NCBI GenBank assembly: GCA_023251805.1
Contig: JAHEYB010000001.1
Location: 104,384 to 168,383, forward strand
Length of the DNA: 64,000 bases
Source of the DNA: Bacteroidota bacterium
Lineage (GTDB): Bacteria > Bacteroidota > Bacteroidia > 2-12-FULL-35-15
Reading direction: 5' to 3'
Below are positions 46,494-56,429 of the stretch, in pieces (position 1 is the first letter of the stretch; the number at the start of each line of letters is the position of its first letter). The notes under the pieces are model-generated. The model worked only from the letters and a program-made list of their open reading frames with translations. It was not told the origin of the DNA and did no database searches. The translations under genes were made by a program, and so were the position numbers.

Positions 46494-47594
46494 TTACTTC
46501 TTTTTCGCTTTTGCAGCAGCTTTCTTATCGTCTTTTATTTTTTGCTTAGCGGCCTTAGCGGCATCTTTTTTTCTTTTTTCTTCTTGTCTTATCTGCGATC
46601 CTGTTTTTGTTAGCGTGATTGCTCTTAGTCCCAGATAAACTCCATAAGTGTATTGAAATTGTTGGGTCTGCAAACTTTTTATCTTCGACTGATAATAATC
46701 AGCATTTGCAAAAACACCTCCGAAAAAAACTTTACCATTATAACCAGCACTTGTTTTTGCTCTCGCTGAAACGGGCACACCTATCCTGCTTTGCTGTTTG
46801 TTGGGAGATTGATAAACTTGATTTTGTAGGCCAACCCCAAGGAATATTGCATTGGAAAAATAAAAACTGTTTTTTACAAAATTATAAGCATAGCCCTGTT
46901 GAAAGACAAACGCATAATTCCGGTTTGACTGCAGATCGGGATAATCTTTAAAGTATTTTTTTACACTATCGGGAATAATACTGTTGCTACTGATTTCGTT
47001 GTATCTCAGCGCGAATACGGTGAGGGCAGATCCAGCAGATTTTTTCTGAAATTGACTCTGGTTGAATGCTGCATTGTAAGAGAATTTTTTCCAGTTATTA
47101 ATAAAAATCCCTGCTACACCAAATTGATAAGCACGAATATCGGCATTGTAATTTTTTGAGAGAATTTGATCGCCTTTGTAATGAAAATAAAATCTTGAAT
47201 AATCCTGGTAAAAGGCTTCGAAGCCGAATTTCCTTTTTCCATATATGTTTATTTGGAACTGCTTAAAACCGGATTTGATTCGGCTGGTTGTATCCAAATA
47301 ATCATCAGTGAATTTAAAAATATAGGTCAGTCCAATGCCTTTTACGTTCAAAGCAATTCCCGTTACAGGAGGAATGTTTGCCGTGTAAAACACCCGAGCA
47401 TCATTCAACTGCTTTTCGGTAAATGCATTGTTGTTCTGAGGCGTGATTATGTATTGCATGCCATTATTCAGGAAAAAGGTTTTTACAGAAAAAAGATTTT
47501 TGAATTTCTGTACATAATTCGTGTCGATCTCCCCTGCATTACTAATGCCTGAAATAAGAATTAGTGAAAAGAATAGGATTGCTTTTTTCTTCAT
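46494..47594 (-). CDS. Probable outer-membrane beta-barrel protein (DUF4421-like) with polybasic C-terminal tail
   Basis: 366-aa ORF with a signal peptide and a beta-strand-rich body. The C-terminal 35 aa are RQEEKRKKDAAKAAKQKIKDDKKAAAKAKKK. The family name is from memory only. Confidence 0.5.
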   Translation of the reverse strand: MKKKAILFFSLILISGISNAGEIDTNYVQKFKNLFSVKTFFLNNGMQYIITPQNNNAFTEKQLNDARVFYTANIPPVTGIALNVKGIGLTYIFKFTDDYLDTTSRIKSGFKQFQINIYGKRKFGFEAFYQDYSRFYFHYKGDQILSKNYNADIRAYQFGVAGIFINNWKKFSYNAAFNQSQFQKKSAGSALTVFALRYNEISSNSIIPDSVKKYFKDYPDLQSNRNYAFVFQQGYAYNFVKNSFYFSNAIFLGVGLQNQVYQSPNKQQSRIGVPVSARAKTSAGYNGKVFFGGVFANADYYQSKIKSLQTQQFQYTYGVYLGLRAITLTKTGSQIRQEEKRKKDAAKAAKQKIKDDKKAAAKAKKK

Positions 47595-47719
47595 CTAAAT
47601 AAATTGCTTTCTGCAAAAGTAAAACAATGTGTTAAATAATCTAAAAATTAATTCTTCTTTAAAACAAAAGGTCTGAACTGCCGTTTTTGGCTTGTTTTAC
47701 ATAGTATTAATAATTGTTT

Positions 47720-47727
47720 TATCTTTG
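47720..47727 (+). promoter_or_regulatory. -7 promoter box TATCTTTG for dxs
   Basis: Matches TAnnTTTG, 28 nt upstream of ATG 47756. Confidence 0.45.
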
Positions 47728-47755
47728 TATGAATATATTGTACTCTAAATTAGGA

Positions 47756-49687
47756 ATGGAATTTAAAGCAGGCAAACTACTGGATAAAATTGAGTATCCG
47801 GCCGATTTAAGAAAATTAAAAGAAGAACAACTTCCCGAACTTAGTAAAGAGCTTCGTCAGTTTATTATTGATGTGGTTTCGCAAAAAGGAGGGCACTTTG
47901 GCGCTAGTTTAGGTGTAGTTGAGCTTACCGTTGCCTTGCATTATGTTTTTAATACTCCGTATGATCAGCTGGTTTGGGATGTAGGGCATCAGGCTTACGG
48001 ACATAAAATCCTTACCGGAAGAAGAAAAATTTTCCATACAAACAGAGTTTATAAAGGAATAAGTGGATTTCCAAAGCGTTCGGAAAGTGAGTACGATACG
48101 TTTGGAGTGGGGCATTCCTCTACATCCATTGGTGGTGCGCTAGGAATGGCAGTTGCTTCTACCTACAAAGGGGAAAAGGATCGTCAACACATTGCTGTGA
48201 TTGGCGATGGTGCAATGACAGCCGGGCAGGCATTTGAAGCACTCAATCATGCCGGAATATCCAACTCAAATTTACTGGTTGTTTTAAATGATAATTGTAT
48301 GAGCATCGACCCGAACGTTGGTGCTTTAAAAGAATATTTAACGGATATCACTACATCACATACCTATAATCGCGTGAAAGATGAAGTGTGGAATTTGCTT
48401 GGTAAAATCAGCAAGTTCGGACCAAATGCTCAGGAAATTGCTTCTAAAATTGAGAATGGAATCAAAACATCTTTACTCAAACAAAGTAATATGTTTGAGT
48501 CGTTGAAGTTCCGTTATTTTGGACCTGTTGACGGACATGATGTGGAACGTTTAACAAAAGTATTGCAGGATTTAAAAGATATTCCCGGACCAAAAATTCT
48601 ACACATCTTAACACAAAAAGGAAAAGGATATAAATTTTCGGAAGAAGGAAATCAAACGGTATGGCACTCTCCAGGGCTTTTTAATAAAGACACAGGAGAG
48701 ATTATCAAAATTGTTCCCAAAGAACCACAGCCTCCAAAATATCAGGATGTTTTTGGATATACCATTGTTGAGTTAGCTGAAAAAAATTCGAAAATAATGG
48801 GAATCACCCCAGCAATGCCAAGTGGTTGCTCATTAAACATTATGATGAAAGCAATGCCCGACAGAGCATTAGATGTTGGTATTGCCGAGCAACATGCAGT
48901 TACTTTTTCAGCAGGATTAGCAACACAAGGATTAATTCCTTTCTGTAATATTTATTCGTCCTTCATGCAACGCGCTTACGACCAAGTGATACACGATGTT
49001 GCTTTACAAAAATTGCATGTTGTATTTTGTTTGGATAGAGGAGGATTAGCCGGTGCGGATGGTCCAACACATCATGGCGCTTTCGATTTAGCTTATTTCC
49101 GGTGTATTCCAAATATGATTGTTTCCGCTCCAATGAATGAAGAAGAGTTGCGTAACTTAATGTATACGGCTCAACTTCCTGAAACAAATGCTCCTTTTTC
49201 TATTCGTTATCCTCGTGGAAACGGTGTAATGATTGATTGGAAAACACCTTTTCAAAAAATAAAAATTGGTGAAGGAAGAAGACTACAAACAGGCGAAGAC
49301 ATTGCTATTTTAACAATCGGACATATTGGTAACAATGCTGTTGCTGCTTGCAAAACATTGGAAGCAAAAGGAATAAAAGCAGCACATTATGATATGCGTT
49401 TTGTAAAACCTATTGATGAAGAATTATTACACGAAGTATTTTCAAAATATACAAAAGTAATTACCGTAGAAGATGGCTGTATCATGGGCGGAATGGGAAG
49501 TGCTGTTTTGGAATTTATGGTCGATAATAATTATAATGCGCAAGTAAAACGTTTGGGTATTCCTGATAAATTTATTGAACATGGGGAGCAAAAAGAACTG
49601 TATATCGAATGCTGTTACGATGCTGATAGCATTGTAAAAACCGTTATTGAAATGGTTGGTTTCAAGAAAAACACTATGGTTGGGTAG
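47756..49687 (+). CDS. dxs: 1-deoxy-D-xylulose-5-phosphate synthase
   Basis: ATG 47756: MEFKAGKLLDKIEYPADLRKL. Also ..GGHFGASLGVVELTVALHYVF.., ..DVGHQAYGHKILTGRR.. and the TPP motif ..GDGAMTAGQAFEALNHAG.. Confidence 0.95.
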   Translation: MEFKAGKLLDKIEYPADLRKLKEEQLPELSKELRQFIIDVVSQKGGHFGASLGVVELTVALHYVFNTPYDQLVWDVGHQAYGHKILTGRRKIFHTNRVYKGISGFPKRSESEYDTFGVGHSSTSIGGALGMAVASTYKGEKDRQHIAVIGDGAMTAGQAFEALNHAGISNSNLLVVLNDNCMSIDPNVGALKEYLTDITTSHTYNRVKDEVWNLLGKISKFGPNAQEIASKIENGIKTSLLKQSNMFESLKFRYFGPVDGHDVERLTKVLQDLKDIPGPKILHILTQKGKGYKFSEEGNQTVWHSPGLFNKDTGEIIKIVPKEPQPPKYQDVFGYTIVELAEKNSKIMGITPAMPSGCSLNIMMKAMPDRALDVGIAEQHAVTFSAGLATQGLIPFCNIYSSFMQRAYDQVIHDVALQKLHVVFCLDRGGLAGADGPTHHGAFDLAYFRCIPNMIVSAPMNEEELRNLMYTAQLPETNAPFSIRYPRGNGVMIDWKTPFQKIKIGEGRRLQTGEDIAILTIGHIGNNAVAACKTLEAKGIKAAHYDMRFVKPIDEELLHEVFSKYTKVITVEDGCIMGGMGSAVLEFMVDNNYNAQVKRLGIPDKFIEHGEQKELYIECCYDADSIVKTVIEMVGFKKNTMVG

Positions 49688-49739
49688 ATTATATAAGGAA
49701 TCAAAAATAAAGTTTTGGGTTGGATGATGTTTATTTGCC

Positions 49740-49863
49740 GTCATGCTGGGCGGAGTCGAAGCATGTATTATTAGAAGCGATGTACATTCTTTATTTCAAC
49801 TATCCGCCCTTCGTCCTTCGACTTCGCCCTGGATGACCTCCCTTCGGTCGCGCTCAGGGGGAC
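49740..49863. repeat. Cluster of three dispersed-repeat copies
   Basis: gtcatgctgggcggagtcgaagcatg (49740..49765, forward). ccttcgacttcgccctggatgac (49815..49837) and ctcccttcggtcgcgctcagggggac (49838..49863), both reverse-type variants. Confidence 0.7.
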
Positions 49864-49978
49864 GTAAATTGGGTGTCATGTTGTTGAGAATGCTTTTTTT
49901 TCACAAGTTTTTAAGACTGCCGTCCTACCTAATGATATTGTATTATATTTGGGGGAAATTTCAAAAAACCCTAAAGAG

Positions 49979-50878
49979 ATGACTATTCAAAAAACAACAC
50001 TTTTCGCTTCTTATATTGCTATTTCAATGGCTTTTGTAGCTTGTGGCTCCTCAACGGAAGACACTACAGGTGAAACAGTTGATACAGCAGCTGATGCAAG
50101 TACTAAAGTGAGAGATGTAAAAGCACAAAATGTGTTTTATTCTATCCCGTCTCCAATTGAAACAACTACTCTATTAAAAGCTGCAGGGGCTAAATACAAT
50201 GCAAAAATTCTTAACCCAATTGAGAATGCTGCAAAATATGAAACAGTAGCCGCTAAAGCATTGAATTTAGGTGTTTATGGCTCCGATTTGAGTTTTACCA
50301 GCATCTTTGACCAAACACAGGAATCTATGTTATACTTGCGTTGTACCAATAAATTGGCTAGCGGATTGGGAATCAGCGGAGCATTTGATGAAACAACCAC
50401 TTCACGTATCGAAGCGAATATGCAAAATAGAGATTCTCTTCTTGCCATTATATCCGATTCTTATTGGAATGCTGATTCTTATTTGAAAGAAAACGGACAG
50501 CCGGGTGTTTCTGCTCTTATTGTTGCAGGTGGTTGGATGGAAGGTTTGTACATTGCTACTCAAGTTGCTGCAGCTACCAAAAATGAAGGAATTATTACCA
50601 GAATTGGCGAACAAAAACTTTCCCTAGATAATTTGATTGCTTTGTTGGAAAGCTATAAAGCAGAAAATGAATCAATCCCTGGCTTGTTAACTCAATTGGC
50701 TGATATGAAAAAGGTTTTTGATGCAGTTCCTAATACCGCTGCAGAAACAAAAACCACTACCGATACAGTAAAAGGCGTTTCTACTATTTCAAATGGTAGC
50801 AGTTTCAAACTTTCTACTGAGCAATTGAAGCAGATTACTGATAAATGTGCTGAAATAAGAAACAAAATCATTCAATAA
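49979..50878 (+). CDS. Lipoprotein, unknown function
   Basis: ATG 49979: MTIQKTTLFASYIAISMAFVACGSS (lipobox). The mature part appears helix-rich. Confidence 0.6.
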   Translation: MTIQKTTLFASYIAISMAFVACGSSTEDTTGETVDTAADASTKVRDVKAQNVFYSIPSPIETTTLLKAAGAKYNAKILNPIENAAKYETVAAKALNLGVYGSDLSFTSIFDQTQESMLYLRCTNKLASGLGISGAFDETTTSRIEANMQNRDSLLAIISDSYWNADSYLKENGQPGVSALIVAGGWMEGLYIATQVAAATKNEGIITRIGEQKLSLDNLIALLESYKAENESIPGLLTQLADMKKVFDAVPNTAAETKTTTDTVKGVSTISNGSSFKLSTEQLKQITDKCAEIRNKIIQ

Positions 50879-50894
50879 GGCGTAAAACGCCTTG

Positions 50895-51341
50895 ATGAAA
50901 CAAATTTACTCTGTAAAAACCATTATTGCCATTGGCATTTTGGTATTCTCTACTTCTTTGGCAAATGCCCAGTGCAACACCTTTTTAAAGAAAAAGTGTA
51001 TGCCCAAAATACAGCCTTTTACATTAAACGGAGAAGTTAACACCTCAACGCTTAGCTCGGGCCAAAAAACATCTCTTAACCTTACTTTTTATTCAGGACA
51101 AGATTATAGAATTGTTGTTTGCGGACAAGAACAACTGGGGGAGCTTACCTTTAAAGTGATGGATACCGATAAAAAGGTTGTTTTCGACAGTCAAAAAAAT
51201 GATTCCCCCGATTTCTGGGATTTCAAAGTAAAAAATACACAACAATTTATAGTAGAAGTTCAAGTTCCCGAATCAGAATCCACCAGCTCCGCTCTTCCAA
51301 GTGGATGCGTTTCTATTATGGTAGGATTTAAGAAAGGATAA
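50895..51341 (+). CDS. Secreted protein, unknown function
   Basis: 148 aa with signal peptide ..SLANAQ and four Cys. Starts 14-17 nt after the preceding lipoprotein gene. Confidence 0.55.
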   Translation: MKQIYSVKTIIAIGILVFSTSLANAQCNTFLKKKCMPKIQPFTLNGEVNTSTLSSGQKTSLNLTFYSGQDYRIVVCGQEQLGELTFKVMDTDKKVVFDSQKNDSPDFWDFKVKNTQQFIVEVQVPESESTSSALPSGCVSIMVGFKKG

Positions 51342-51378
51342 AAAATCAGATAAGAAGAAGGCTGTTAGTGGCTTAAAC

Positions 51379-51585
51379 TTATTCGATTAATTGAATATAG
51401 GATGAATCAACTGTAAATGTACTTTGATTATTATATTCGTAATTGCTTCCATCTTTCTTTACAAATTCAACTTCAAAAGCATTTTGGTTGTATAAAAGAA
51501 GTATAACGCCAATCATCCCCTTTCTTATTTCGGAATTTATATCTTTTGTCAAAATAAAAACTTGACATTCTTGGTATTCAATCAT
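51379..51585 (-). CDS. Small protein, DUF4926-like
   Basis: 68 aa. ..VFILTKDINSEIRKGMIGVILLLYNQNAFEVEFVKKDGS.. resembles the SH3-like DUF4926 pattern, from memory. Confidence 0.45.
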   Translation of the reverse strand: MIEYQECQVFILTKDINSEIRKGMIGVILLLYNQNAFEVEFVKKDGSNYEYNNQSTFTVDSSYIQLIE

Positions 51586-51640
51586 TCGAATCTTATTGGT
51601 TTGTTGAATTTTTTAGCTGTCACCGGTGTATCAAATATAA

Positions 51641-51680
51641 AAATAAAAAATCCCTCAACATATTTTTGATGAGGGATTTT
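51641..51680 (-). terminator. Intrinsic terminator after the M43 protease gene
   Basis: aaatccctca / tgagggattt stem. The minus strand continues ttttttattttt. Confidence 0.75.
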
Positions 51681-51747
51681 GAATTTAAATACACTATCAT
51701 TCCGAAGCCAACTCCCTCTCTTTTGGAGAGGGTCGGGGCGAGGTCGC

Positions 51748-53841
51748 CTACTTCACAATCAATTTCTTTGTAAAATTCTCTCCACCAACATTCAGTTTAA
51801 TAAAATAAACTCCTGCAGCTAATTTTGTTTTTTCTGCAATTGAAAATTGATGTTCTCCTACATTTAAATTTCCATTGTAAACGTTTGCAATTTCTTTTCC
51901 TACCACATCGTAAACAGCAATGTCTGTTTCTTTGTCTTCAATTAAATTGAAAGAGATAATGGTATTGTCTTCGGCTGGATTTGGATAAACATTAAAATTA
52001 AGGTTGTTGGCTAATTCATCGATACCAACATTACCCATAATATTAATATCATCCAAGTAGATATTATTTCCTGCATCGCTGGTGAACTTAAACATAACCA
52101 TTAAACTGGTTTCTGAGGCAACCGAACCTAAACTAATAGTTTTGGTTACCCATTGAGCAGCTGTTGGAACAAAAGAACTGCTTATTACTCCTGCAGTGGA
52201 AAGAGAAGCACCTGTGATTGTTTGACGTAAAGACCATGAAGCACCACATGTTCCTGAAACATAAATCTGCAATTTATCTGCAGAGGTAGATGTTTTTTGA
52301 GCATGTGCAACTTTGTATGTTAAGGAAGGTGTACCAACTATTGCAGTCATATCAATTGTTGGAGAAATTAATTCATCCACATGCGTATCATATGTACTTG
52401 CATTTACTATGCGCGCGGATTTTGTTCCGGATGCAGCAGCAGCGGTAGTTTGTACCCATGTATTTGAACCTGCATTTGCATTGCGCACGTTCCAGTCAGC
52501 GTTTGGAATTGCACTTCCTTCAAATCCTTCTGAATAAAAAGAAGCATTGTACAGTGCAGTGTTTGGAAACACAGTTATATAACCTGTTTTGGTTGCACTT
52601 ACAGTTCCCGAAGCATTTGAAACGGATAATGAAACATCATAAACACCGGGAGTATTATAAGTAATTACAGGAGAAGAAGCACCGGATGTTGAAGGCGTTC
52701 CTCCAGGGCATGTCCATGTCCAGCTTGTTGGCACTCCATTCCACGACAAATCAGTAAACGTTAAACTGTCACCCTGACAAACTTGATTTAATACATCACT
52801 TGACTCAAAGTCGGCCTTGCATAAAACTGCTGGTAAACTCACACCTGTTGCACTTAAATTAGTCGTAGTCCACAAATTACTTCGTGATGCTATTCCACTT
52901 GTAAGTGCTGAACGCATTTTTGTTTTTTGTCCGGCTGTAAACATATTACTGCAATACGCATACTCCATATAATTTTGAACATTTTCAATTGTTGGAGGAT
53001 TGCAAACAGCATCGGAAAGTAAACAAGCTGTATGTCCCATTGTTGTTGGCGTGTCGGATACACCATCACTTCCCGAACAATCTACTCCCGGATTATTTGT
53101 TCCTCCCCAAGTATGATCTAAATTAAGGTAATGACCTATTTCGTGCGTTAATGCGCGTGAACGAGATACAGAACCTGTTCCAATACTTCCAACATACGTT
53201 GATAAAATAATAATTCCATCAATAGTTGGGTCAATTACTGTTGCACCTGGTTTATAAGCATATCCAGCAGCACCACTTGAAATTACTTTCACCACCCAAA
53301 CATTTAAATATTTATTTCTTGGCCATTGATTTAACTTTGAACCATCATCACCAATATTCGTTTGTGCAGAATAAATACGGTCAATTCCATTTGTACAGTT
53401 TCCTGATGGATCTTTTTGTGCCAAACGAATTTGAATTTCGCAGTCGGCTGCTATGGCTGTAAAAGAAGGAACTACGGCAGAAATATCTGCATTTAGTTTA
53501 CGATAATCTTCATTTAAAATACGCACTTCGTCATATACTTGCGCATCAGAAATGTTTTCTGTTCCACCTTCATGAAGTATGTGAAAAACAATTGGAATAG
53601 TATAAATGGGTACCATTGCTTTTCCGTCACCTTCTTTATAACCCGTTAAAAATGCGGCTTTATCCAATTCTTCATTGGCCTTTTCATCGGCAAGAAATTG
53701 TGCTTTTAAAGATGGGTGTGCATCCAAATATTTATTCATCATTTCGGTACTGCCGCAAAATTTTTCATTTTGTGCAACAGCAACGTTTATCGTTAGCGTT
53801 GAAAATAATACAACACCTAAAAGTGTAGAAATTTTGTTCAT
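51748..53841 (-). CDS. Secreted M43 (pappalysin/cytophagalysin-like) zinc metalloprotease with PKD-like and T9SS C-terminal domains
   Basis: ATG 53841 gives the signal peptide MNKISTLLGVVLFSTLTINVAVAQ. Zinc motif HEIGHYLNLDHTW. PKD-like ..FTDLSWNGVPTSWTWTCPGGTPSTS..YNTPGVYDVSLSVSN.. CTD: FNVYPNPAEDNTIISF..GVYFIKLNVGGENFTKKLIVK. Confidence 0.88.
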   Translation of the reverse strand: MNKISTLLGVVLFSTLTINVAVAQNEKFCGSTEMMNKYLDAHPSLKAQFLADEKANEELDKAAFLTGYKEGDGKAMVPIYTIPIVFHILHEGGTENISDAQVYDEVRILNEDYRKLNADISAVVPSFTAIAADCEIQIRLAQKDPSGNCTNGIDRIYSAQTNIGDDGSKLNQWPRNKYLNVWVVKVISSGAAGYAYKPGATVIDPTIDGIIILSTYVGSIGTGSVSRSRALTHEIGHYLNLDHTWGGTNNPGVDCSGSDGVSDTPTTMGHTACLLSDAVCNPPTIENVQNYMEYAYCSNMFTAGQKTKMRSALTSGIASRSNLWTTTNLSATGVSLPAVLCKADFESSDVLNQVCQGDSLTFTDLSWNGVPTSWTWTCPGGTPSTSGASSPVITYNTPGVYDVSLSVSNASGTVSATKTGYITVFPNTALYNASFYSEGFEGSAIPNADWNVRNANAGSNTWVQTTAAAASGTKSARIVNASTYDTHVDELISPTIDMTAIVGTPSLTYKVAHAQKTSTSADKLQIYVSGTCGASWSLRQTITGASLSTAGVISSSFVPTAAQWVTKTISLGSVASETSLMVMFKFTSDAGNNIYLDDINIMGNVGIDELANNLNFNVYPNPAEDNTIISFNLIEDKETDIAVYDVVGKEIANVYNGNLNVGEHQFSIAEKTKLAAGVYFIKLNVGGENFTKKLIVK

Positions 53842-53884
53842 TGTAAATAGCATTTAATAATATATATAGTTTAGAGGGATGTTC

Positions 53885-54628
53885 TTAATCGTAATCTTTT
53901 ATGGATGATAGTACATCCTTGATATTGTTTATATTAGCTAAGATATTAATATATTTTTTAGAAACAAATTCCGGCTCCGATAATTGGTTATTTACCTTAT
54001 ATCCTATAAAGTCTTCTAAACGACTAAAATCTTCTTTTTGTGCAGCCCTTATTTCTTCTTGCATGCCTGTATTCACCACTCCTGGAGCAATTGAGAAAAT
54101 GTGAAACCTTTTATGAATGTTTTCCTGAGGCTTTTTTGCACGTATTTTTTGCTCCGAATCAACCACCCTGCTCAACATGTCAATACCTGCCTTTGATGCA
54201 CAATAAACAGCCCAGCCATCAATCGGACTTTTCCCTGCACCGGAACTTACATTCACAATCACTTTTTCGGCATCGGTAGAATCATAACGCTCGATAAAGG
54301 CATTGGTTAAAACAGTTGGTGCAATTAAATTTACGGTATAGTTTTTAATAATTGTTTGGGCGTCCAATTTTCCAATGGGCTTGATAAAACCCAAAACTCC
54401 TGCATTATTTATCAAATATACTTTTTGGGCATTGGCATGTAATTCAAACTTAAATTCTGCGATTGCTTTTACATCTGTCAAATCCAAATACGAATGTTTG
54501 TAATTGGGATGCTCAATACTTCTATGACGTGAAATCCCAATCACCCTGTTGCTTGGATTTTCCAACAAATGTTCGGCAAATGCTTTTCCAATTCCTCTAC
54601 TGGTTCCGGTTATATAATAATAGTTCAC
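53885..54628 (-). CDS. Short-chain dehydrogenase/reductase (SDR)
   Basis: 247-aa ORF. ITGTSRGIGKA cofactor motif and catalytic YCASKAG. Confidence 0.85.
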   Translation of the reverse strand: MNYYYITGTSRGIGKAFAEHLLENPSNRVIGISRHRSIEHPNYKHSYLDLTDVKAIAEFKFELHANAQKVYLINNAGVLGFIKPIGKLDAQTIIKNYTVNLIAPTVLTNAFIERYDSTDAEKVIVNVSSGAGKSPIDGWAVYCASKAGIDMLSRVVDSEQKIRAKKPQENIHKRFHIFSIAPGVVNTGMQEEIRAAQKEDFSRLEDFIGYKVNNQLSEPEFVSKKYINILANINNIKDVLSSIKDYD

Positions 54629-54674
54629 AATCGTGTGTTTTGTATACTATAAAGATAGCCAATTAAAACAAAAA

Positions 54675-54701
54675 AAGCAAGAGGTTTTAAGGCTCTTGCT
54701 A
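54675..54701 (-). terminator. Intrinsic terminator after the transsulfuration gene
   Basis: agcaagag / ctcttgct stem. The minus strand continues tttttttg. Confidence 0.75.
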
Positions 54702-54740
54702 CTTGAAAAATTACAAGAAAACTCTAGTAAAGAGGGCAAA

Positions 54741-54838
54741 CACTTCGACTACGCTCAGTGTGACGTTTTGTAAACAGAATAAATGTATTTGAAACGCTAT
54801 CCACTACGAACTCCCAACTCCCAGCTCCGAACTCCAAA
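54741..54838. repeat. 3'-UTR word repeats after the transsulfuration gene stop
   Basis: cacttcgactacgctcagtgtgac (54741..54764). ccactacgaactcccaactcccagctccgaactccaaa (54801..54838) is the reverse complement of the GGAGTT-word family seen at 14068..14113. Confidence 0.7.
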
Positions 54839-55996
54839 CTACCCCAAAGCCTGCTTCAAATCTGCAATCAAATCATCAATATCTTCAATTCCTACACTCA
54901 ATCTTAAAAGCGACTCTACAACCCCAGCTTTATCTCTTTCTTCTTTAGGAATAGAGGCATGTGTCATCGTTGCCGGATGATTGATTAATGATTCCACTCC
55001 TCCTAATGATTCTGCCAATGAAAAGACTTTCATGCTCGAAGCAATTTTAAATGCATCTTCTTGTTTATTCCCTTTCAAAGAAAACGAAATCATTCCACCA
55101 AAATCTTTCATCTGCTTTTTTGCAATGTCGTGATTCTGACTATCAGGGAAACCTGGCCAATATAATTTATCGATCTTAGGATGTGTTTTTAGGAATTCAG
55201 CAATCTTTCGTCCATTCGAACAGTGACGCTCCATACGGATGTGCAATGTTTTTAATCCGCGTAAAACCAAAAAGCTATCCATTGGACCTGGTGTAGCGCC
55301 ACAACTATTATGGATAAATGCCAATTGCGTATATAAACTATCATCACTTAAACAAAGTGCGCCCATAATAACATCACTGTGTCCACCCAAATATTTTGTT
55401 GCGGAATGCATAACAATATCTGCTCCAAGCGCCAATGGATTTTGTAAATACGGAGAAGCAAACGTATTGTCTACTGCACAAATTAATTTATTTTCCTTAG
55501 CAATTTTTGCACAAGCTTCTATGTCGATGATTTGCATCGTAGGATTGGTAGGCGTTTCCAGCCAAATCATTTTTGTATTTGCATTGAGGTGTTTTTTAAT
55601 CACATCCGTATCTTTCATATCAATGAAATGAAATTTGATTCCAAAGGGAGCAAACACTTTGGTAAACATGCGGTAGCTGCCACCATACAAATCATCACCG
55701 GTAATCACTTCATCACCCGGGCGAAGTAATTTCATCACCGCATCAATCGCACCCATTCCACTGGAAAAGCACAAACCATATTTAGCACCTTCTAATTCGG
55801 CCAAACATTTTTCCAAGGCCGTACGCGTTGGATTTTTCCCACGTGCATATGCATAACCTTTGTGCTTACCCGGACTTTCCTGCCAATAAGTTGATGTTTG
55901 GTAAATTGGAGTCATGATGGCTCCTGTAGTTGGATCAGGCTCTTGCCCTGCATGTATCGCTTTGGTTCCAAAGCCTAATTTTGTAGTATCTGACAT
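54839..55996 (-). CDS. PLP-dependent transsulfuration enzyme (cystathionine gamma-synthase/beta-lyase family)
   Basis: 385-aa ORF. ..HSATKYLGGHSD.. is the PLP-lysine motif, and family-typical sequence runs throughout. Confidence 0.9.
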   Translation of the reverse strand: MSDTTKLGFGTKAIHAGQEPDPTTGAIMTPIYQTSTYWQESPGKHKGYAYARGKNPTRTALEKCLAELEGAKYGLCFSSGMGAIDAVMKLLRPGDEVITGDDLYGGSYRMFTKVFAPFGIKFHFIDMKDTDVIKKHLNANTKMIWLETPTNPTMQIIDIEACAKIAKENKLICAVDNTFASPYLQNPLALGADIVMHSATKYLGGHSDVIMGALCLSDDSLYTQLAFIHNSCGATPGPMDSFLVLRGLKTLHIRMERHCSNGRKIAEFLKTHPKIDKLYWPGFPDSQNHDIAKKQMKDFGGMISFSLKGNKQEDAFKIASSMKVFSLAESLGGVESLINHPATMTHASIPKEERDKAGVVESLLRLSVGIEDIDDLIADLKQALG

Positions 55997-56046
55997 AGTA
56001 TTTTAATTGAGTTGTAAAGGTAGTAAATATTTGATTTTACAAATAT

Positions 56047-56379
56047 TTGATTGAACTTTACAATATGTTGATATGCATTTTTTTACCACTGGTCATTAGT
56101 TTTTTGTTTAAGTATTTCGGGTTTAAGCGAATATATGCTACCTATATTATAACCAGTGCAATTGTGATAGGATTGCCAGCCCTAGTGATCCTACTTACGT
56201 ATGTAACAGTTGATAATCCTCTTGTTGCACACTATCACAGCAACAGTTCATTAATAATAAATAGTGGAGGTTCGGTTTTATTATCACTTTTTATAGCCCT
56301 CTTTTTTCAATACATTTTTAATAAAACAATGGGGCTTTCCAAAACCCCAATCACTTGGAAGAAAAAGAAACCTTTTTAA
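56047..56379 (+). CDS. Small membrane protein, unknown function
   Basis: 110-aa ORF with 3 hydrophobic helices. Start uncertain. Confidence 0.4.
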   Translation: MIELYNMLICIFLPLVISFLFKYFGFKRIYATYIITSAIVIGLPALVILLTYVTVDNPLVAHYHSNSSLIINSGGSVLLSLFIALFFQYIFNKTMGLSKTPITWKKKKPF

Positions 56380-56413
56380 CACTTTTTTACATTATTCTCC
56401 GTTTTCATTTTTG

Positions 56414-56421
56414 TATCTTTG
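56414..56421 (+). promoter_or_regulatory. -7 promoter box TATCTTTG
   Basis: Matches TAnnTTTG and ends 8 nt before ATG 56430. Confidence 0.4.
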
Positions 56422-56429
56422 TAATGTAA

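Noticed and set aside
46389-46613. 74-aa plus-strand ORF (MSTFLFFVYCLLLVF...)
   Set aside because: It starts inside the TGTCTAC hairpin cluster and continues antisense to the polybasic tail of the minus-strand gene. It is a mirror-image artefact of AAG/AAA-rich coding sequence.
49743-49982. 79-aa plus-strand ORF (MLGGVEACIIRSDVH...)
   Set aside because: It is composed of translated dispersed repeats (49740..49863) in the dxs downstream region. Composition is atypical, and it overlaps the better-supported lipoprotein start at 49979.
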